Shown here one piece after another: positions 61,801 through 64,000 of a stretch of 64,000 nt of DNA. Source of the stretch: Ostrea edulis (taxonomy: Eukaryota); NCBI RefSeq assembly GCF_947568905.1, contig NC_079168.1, forward strand, positions 52,080,001 through 52,144,000, read 5' to 3'. Under the pieces are notes generated by a model that worked only from the letters and a program-made list of their open reading frames with translations, was not told where the DNA came from and searched no databases. Every line of letters starts with the position of its first letter. Position 1 is the stretch's first letter. A program made the translations under genes and the position numbers.

Positions 61801-64000
61801 ACAAAGGAGAGGATGCAGAAGGGGGAAACATTGGACTTGATGGAGAAGACTTGTTTAGGGGAGAACTTTCCCCTGACACCTTTCTAAGCCGGAATTTTGC
61901 ATGACCTTTTTCTTTGCTCATATCATCAATGTCAGTTTCCTGTTCATCACTACAGGAATGGTTACTGTTTATTGATGGAGAATGAGGTGAAGGCTCATTT
62001 TTCAGGTTTGTATCTCCGAAACGTTTGCTAAGAAATTCTTGATCTCTGTCTTTCATAGCCTTGTCCAGATCTGTTACTCCAGTCATGCGTTTTAAAGATG
62101 GGCTTCCTCTGAATGCTGCATTTTCTCTGCTAGATGGACTAGATGGCAGCTCACTTTGTAATTGTTCTCGACTTTTTAAATCAGGAACTGCTGCGCTGTT
62201 ATCGCCCCTCGCACTAAGAACATTGTTAAATTGGTTCCCTTCCTGTGAATTACCACCATGAGATTCCTGTTGACTTCTGCTGTGATTAAGTTGATTTGAT
62301 TGGAATTCGTTATGAAGTACTGGTTGACTGTCATTAGAAGGAGGGTTTTGTTCATTTCCTCCATTGTAATAACTTGAACCATGTTGTTCATTAAACTGAG
62401 GGTATTGCTGTTTTCTGTCAAACTCACTTTCAGAACATTGTTGATTGTTAACTTTGGCGTGTGAATTCTGAGACTGTTCATTTCTGTGGAAATCACGGTG
62501 TTGTTGACTAGGACTTCGACCCCTTTGATCTGGACCATGTGTATTTGGGGAATTTATGTCATGAGAGTTATTGTGTTGAAACTGCTGTGGGCTTCTCCCT
62601 CTGACGCGGTGACGACCCTCCACTGGTCTTTCAACCTTCTCCTCTGATGAATAGATAAGTGTGGGGTCTTTTACTGGGTCAACATTGTTTCCATCCTGCT
62701 GTCTGTTCACTTGCTGTTCATCCCGAGAATTAAGCGACCTATCTCGTCGTCTGACTTCCACTTGAGGTCTGTTTTCCCTATCTCTGTTGAATGATCTAGA
62801 TCTTAACAGTTTGTAAGTTGACTGTAATTTAGCCATCAAAGCACTGTCTTTCCCATAAGCATTTTCTCTGTGTTGCTGAATAATGATTTCTGCTTGGTTC
62901 GATGCTGGCATGCATAGTTCTTTGTTATCACAACTTGTATATTGTGAGTTTTGACCTTCAGGACCAGAATTGTTATCTGGAGTTGAAGAATCCCTGTCTT
63001 TTTTTAAATTAGCTAATATTGCAGGTGGTGGGGGCAAGGCTTCTCTTCGGCGACCTCTCTCTAAGCTTTGTGGTCGCCTCGATTTTCCACCATCAGACCC
63101 ACTCTCAGTTGAATTTTCATTAGGATTTCCATGGTTATTCCTCTGATACTGTGAGTGACTAACAGGTCCACTTGGTGATGGTTGCGAAATAGAACCTGGT
63201 CCTCCACTTTTTACCATTGTTCTATCAGTCTGAACATGAGGTCTTGAGGGTAAAACATTAATATCGCCCCTCATGGGACCTTCTTGTCTTTGAGGTTGGG
63301 TCATCGCTGAATTCTGACCCTCAATTTCTTGTTCAGATTCTCTGGTTATATACCTTCGCCTTGGGGTTCGTTGTCTTGAAGTACGTCCATCTGAGTCAGT
63401 TCCTCCGATCTGAGTGTCAGGAGTTTTGGCAAGATCTGAATTTTCTTGTGGAAGACGATCACAACTGCCATCTCTGTGTGGATATGTCTGTCTGTCTCTA
63501 CTTCCATCTCTTGGTGAGTACCTCTGTCTGTCTCTACTTCCATCTCTTGGTGAGTACCTCTGTTGGACTGCATCCCCGTGTTTTTGTGGATTGCTGTCTC
63601 TCTCATCATAGTTATGTTGATTCACAGACCCATCCCCCTTTGAATATCTCTCCTGATCATTACTAACACCTCTTGGTTGAGATCTTTGTCTCTCCCTGCT
63701 ACTGTCTCTTCCATGTGGATATCTTTGTTGTTCACCACTGTTATTTCTTTCTCTATATCTTTGCCGATCAGTGCTGCCATCTCTTTTGGGATACCTTTGT
63801 TGACTGGGATCACCTTGGGGATACCTTTGTTGACTGGGATCACCCTGGGGATACCTTTGTTGACTGGGATCACCTTGGGGATACCTTTGTTGACTGGGAT
63901 CACCCTGGGGATACCTTTGTTGACTGGGATCACCTTGGGGATACCTTTGTTGACTGGGATCACCCTGGGGATACCTTTGTTGACTGGGATCACCTTGGGG
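33080..64000 (-). CDS. FMN: FMN/Cappuccino-subfamily formin (low-complexity N-terminus, DEP-like region, FH1, FH2, FSI tail); 5' end outside the window
   Basis: 20 exons (>64000-61657, 61409-61243, 56253-56121, 53450-53389, 50593-50319, 49789-49584, 49158-49065, 48947-48806, 48534-48447, 47940-47879, 44760-44681, 44404-44275, 44178-44106, 40938-40865, 40196-40013, 37814-37722, 37616-37565, 37384-37235, 33677-33590, 33118-33080). All phases close. The [36 protein letters not shown] and GGLKDKL motifs are FMN-type. Confidence 0.94.
33590..33677 (-). CDS. FMN: Formin tail exon
   Basis: [10 protein letters not shown]...VRRRGGL; phase 2/0. Confidence 0.88.
33838..34250 (+). mobile_element. Helentron-type element (aaggtcaaggtcac family), decayed
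   Basis: acaagatgagtttgtgaaacac 5' end and internal subrepeats. Confidence 0.55.
34390..35780 (+). mobile_element. Nested Helentron-type elements: host 34390-34650 plus 35400-35780, insert about 34652-35395 with about 130-bp internal repeats
   Basis: Host family as at 7187; insert aacaagagatgtttg..gaaagggggcataa; host ends ggtcacctgagtgactcaggtgacc. Confidence 0.65.
36103..36264. repeat. 37-bp minisatellite, about 4.5 copies
   Basis: Unit ctagacagaggtcatgggttcaacatgcctttctatc. Confidence 0.9.
36583..36653. repeat. Hairpin (30-bp arms, 11-nt loop)
   Basis: 29/30 arm identity. Confidence 0.9.
36736..37184. repeat. 45-bp minisatellite, 10 copies
   Basis: Unit acgggtactcttcagtgattaggatgtgagagaattatctaacct. 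Confidence 0.95.
37235..37384 (-). CDS. FMN: Formin FH2 C-terminal exon
   Basis: [34 protein letters not shown]; phase 2/2. Confidence 0.95.
37565..37616 (-). CDS. FMN: Formin FH2 exon
   Basis: [16 protein letters not shown]; phase 1/2. Confidence 0.9.
37722..37814 (-). CDS. FMN: Formin FH2 exon
   Basis: AEKRAEKV...[10 protein letters not shown]; phase 1/1. Confidence 0.92.
38459..39075 (+). mobile_element. Helentron-type element with about 120-bp internal repeats
   Basis: aacaagatgtatttgtgaaatac 5' end; repeated gtcacaag..ctcatgtgaaatatcaaagctct. Confidence 0.7.
39633..39723. repeat. Hairpin (44-bp arms, 3-nt loop)
   Basis: accaatcacag..tggctg / cagcca..ctgtgattggt, about 3 mismatches. 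Confidence 0.88.
40013..40196 (-). CDS. FMN: Formin FH2 exon
   Basis: [11 protein letters not shown]...[10 protein letters not shown]; phase 0/1. Confidence 0.94.
40462..40680. repeat. 27-bp minisatellite, about 8 copies
   Basis: Unit aatgtcatagacaaagtgatgtagatc. Confidence 0.95.
40865..40938 (-). CDS. FMN: Formin FH2 exon
   Basis: [24 protein letters not shown]; phase 1/0. Confidence 0.95.
41022..43080 (+). mobile_element. Helentron-type element interrupted by a Kolobok-like MITE
   Basis: Family as at 7187; split at a TTAA at about 41660/42338. Confidence 0.7.
41664..42334 (+). mobile_element. Kolobok-like MITE copy A
   Basis: ttaa|agctgtatg ... catacagct|ttaa. Confidence 0.85.
43082..44022 (+). 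mobile_element. Full-length Cg170-type Helentron (about 4 satellite units)
   Basis: Both termini present: aacaagaggcccatgggcc and agctcacttgagct..ggtgagcta. Confidence 0.85.
44106..44178 (-). CDS. FMN: Formin FH2 exon
   Basis: [15 protein letters not shown]; phase 0/1. Confidence 0.94.
44275..44404 (-). CDS. FMN: Formin FH2 exon
   Basis: [20 protein letters not shown]; phase 2/0. Confidence 0.92.
44681..44760 (-). CDS. FMN: Formin FH2 exon
   Basis: [10 protein letters not shown]...LDKPDQ; phase 0/2. Confidence 0.92.
44804..45343. mobile_element. Composite of two Kolobok-like half-elements; the right half carries a tRNA-like head
   Basis: ttaa|agggaaatggacac at left; gtgtagtgagccacc|ttaa at right; tagctcagtgg / agttcaaatcc at 45113-45172. 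Confidence 0.5.
45789..46387 (-). mobile_element. Kolobok-like MITE copy B, inverted relative to copy A
   Basis: TTAA flanks; reverse complement of copy A with an internal deletion. Confidence 0.85.
47879..47940 (-). CDS. FMN: Formin FH2 exon (alternative in-frame acceptor at 47976)
   Basis: [21 protein letters not shown]; phase 1/0. Confidence 0.9.
48447..48534 (-). CDS. FMN: Formin FH2 exon
   Basis: [20 protein letters not shown]; phase 0/1. Confidence 0.93.
48806..48947 (-). CDS. FMN: Formin FH2 exon
   Basis: LVWEEIDE...ELDELFCK; phase 2/0. Confidence 0.93.
49065..49158 (-). CDS. FMN: Formin FH2 lasso exon
   Basis: [12 protein letters not shown]; phase 1/2. Confidence 0.93.
49584..49789 (-). 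CDS. FMN: Formin FH1 poly-proline exon
   Basis: Three poly-Pro tracts; phase 2/1. Confidence 0.95.
49914..50206. mobile_element. Degenerate MITE
   Basis: tttactaaacttctt / aagaagtttagtaaaa inverted ends. Confidence 0.5.
50236..50354. repeat. 40-bp x3 tandem repeat spanning a formin splice donor
   Basis: Unit tacctaagtaagtcagggtgctcccctgtcacacactcca. Confidence 0.95.
50319..50593 (-). CDS. FMN: Formin coiled-coil/linker exon with tandemly amplified splice sites
   Basis: [17 protein letters not shown]...EHPDLLR; phase 0/2. Confidence 0.87.
50579..51030. repeat. 44-bp x about 10 tandem repeat spanning a formin splice acceptor
   Basis: Unit ggactggttctctgtctacagttttattcacaattatacagaat. Confidence 0.95.
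51035..51338. mobile_element. TA-flanked MITE inserted in the edge of the 44-bp array
   Basis: cacgtatcaacacttcg..gttacgtccctt / aagggacgtaac..cgaagtattgatacatg; decayed array units resume after it. Confidence 0.7.
51479..52293. mobile_element. Tc1/pogo-type MITE (TA TSD)
   Basis: ta|cagtaaaactctgatatagcgaa ... ttcgctatattcgagttttactg|ta. Confidence 0.8.
52296..53186. mobile_element. TA-flanked MITE with about 140-bp TIRs
   Basis: tacagcatttgtgatgttcatc / gatgaacatcacgaatgctgtg; inner arms gatctaagcttatcgccatgca / tgcatggcgataagcttagatc. Confidence 0.8.
53389..53450 (-). CDS. FMN: Formin coiled-coil exon
   Basis: [21 protein letters not shown]; phase 1/0. Confidence 0.88.
56121..56253 (-). 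CDS. FMN: Formin exon, end of DEP-like region plus WPP/KYTEAE motif
   Basis: PDCMYYW...LSPMWPP...HKYTEAE; phase 0/1. Confidence 0.9.
56320..56752. mobile_element. Tc1/pogo-type MITE (TA TSD)
   Basis: ta|cagtaaaactcg ... cgagttttactg|ta. Confidence 0.75.
57950..58480 (-). pseudogene. Possible decayed L1/Tx1-like ORF2 C-terminal remnant
   Basis: Broken frames reading ..STKK..YDML.. and [25 protein letters not shown], resembling non-LTR ORF2 tails; multiple stops. Confidence 0.3.
58610..59200 (+). mobile_element. Helentron-type element, same family as 34652-35395
   Basis: Shared tatggtgcaaaattgaaaag head and caaaatcaatagggg..ccaagtttgatgtc repeats. Confidence 0.75.
60751..60980. repeat. 38-bp minisatellite, 6 copies
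   Basis: Unit tgaagtcagtatgcttggtaagaaattcatcttatata. Confidence 0.95.
61243..61409 (-). CDS. FMN: Formin DEP-like exon (alternative in-frame acceptor at 61457)
   Basis: [10 protein letters not shown]...QQMFK; phase 1/0. Confidence 0.88.
61657..64000 (-). CDS. FMN: Formin large N-terminal exon (Q/R/S/D-rich, at least 781 codons, open to the window edge)
   Basis: The frame of the 674-aa ORF stays stop-free from 63625 up to 64000 (read codon by codon to the repeat, then ([10 protein letters not shown])n); donor gtaatt after FEVFEG. Confidence 0.88.
63784..64000 (-). repeat. Coding 30-bp tandem repeat ([10 protein letters not shown])n, at least 7 units, with a 60-bp higher-order period
   Basis: Units alternate cttgggg/cctgggg exactly. 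Confidence 0.95.

Noticed and set aside
63622-63993. Programmed frameshift between the 123-aa ORF ([10 protein letters not shown] repeats) and the 674-aa ORF
   Set aside because: The 674-aa frame is itself open to the window edge; the caller simply found no start codon. The 123-aa ORF is an alternative frame of the repeat.

Overview
Eukaryotic, AT-rich animal genomic DNA, almost certainly an oyster (Ostreidae): it carries the 166-bp Cg170/HindIII satellite inside Helentron-type elements. Three intron-containing genes lie head-to-tail on the minus strand. I reconstructed every coding exon by hand, and the splice phases close in all three. They are: MEF2 (8 coding exons, 371 aa, 4192-13996); DET1 (3 coding exons, 559 aa, 20757-24235); and an FMN/Cappuccino-subfamily formin (20 coding exons, more than 1500 aa, 33080 to beyond 64000, start outside the window). 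Introns and spacers are packed with non-autonomous Helentron/satellite elements, TIR MITEs (Kolobok-, Tc1/pogo-, AcademH-like), SINE and LINE remnants, short hairpins and local minisatellites. The most unusual signal is in the formin gene, where splice junctions have been tandemly duplicated four independent times. Two duplicated acceptors are in-frame and stop-free (+16 aa at the DEP-like exon, +12 aa inside FH2). One exon is bracketed by about 10 upstream copies of its acceptor and 2 extra copies of its donor, and I infer these decoys are poison sites. Transposon family names and all regulatory or splicing outcomes are inferences; no databases or RNA data were used.
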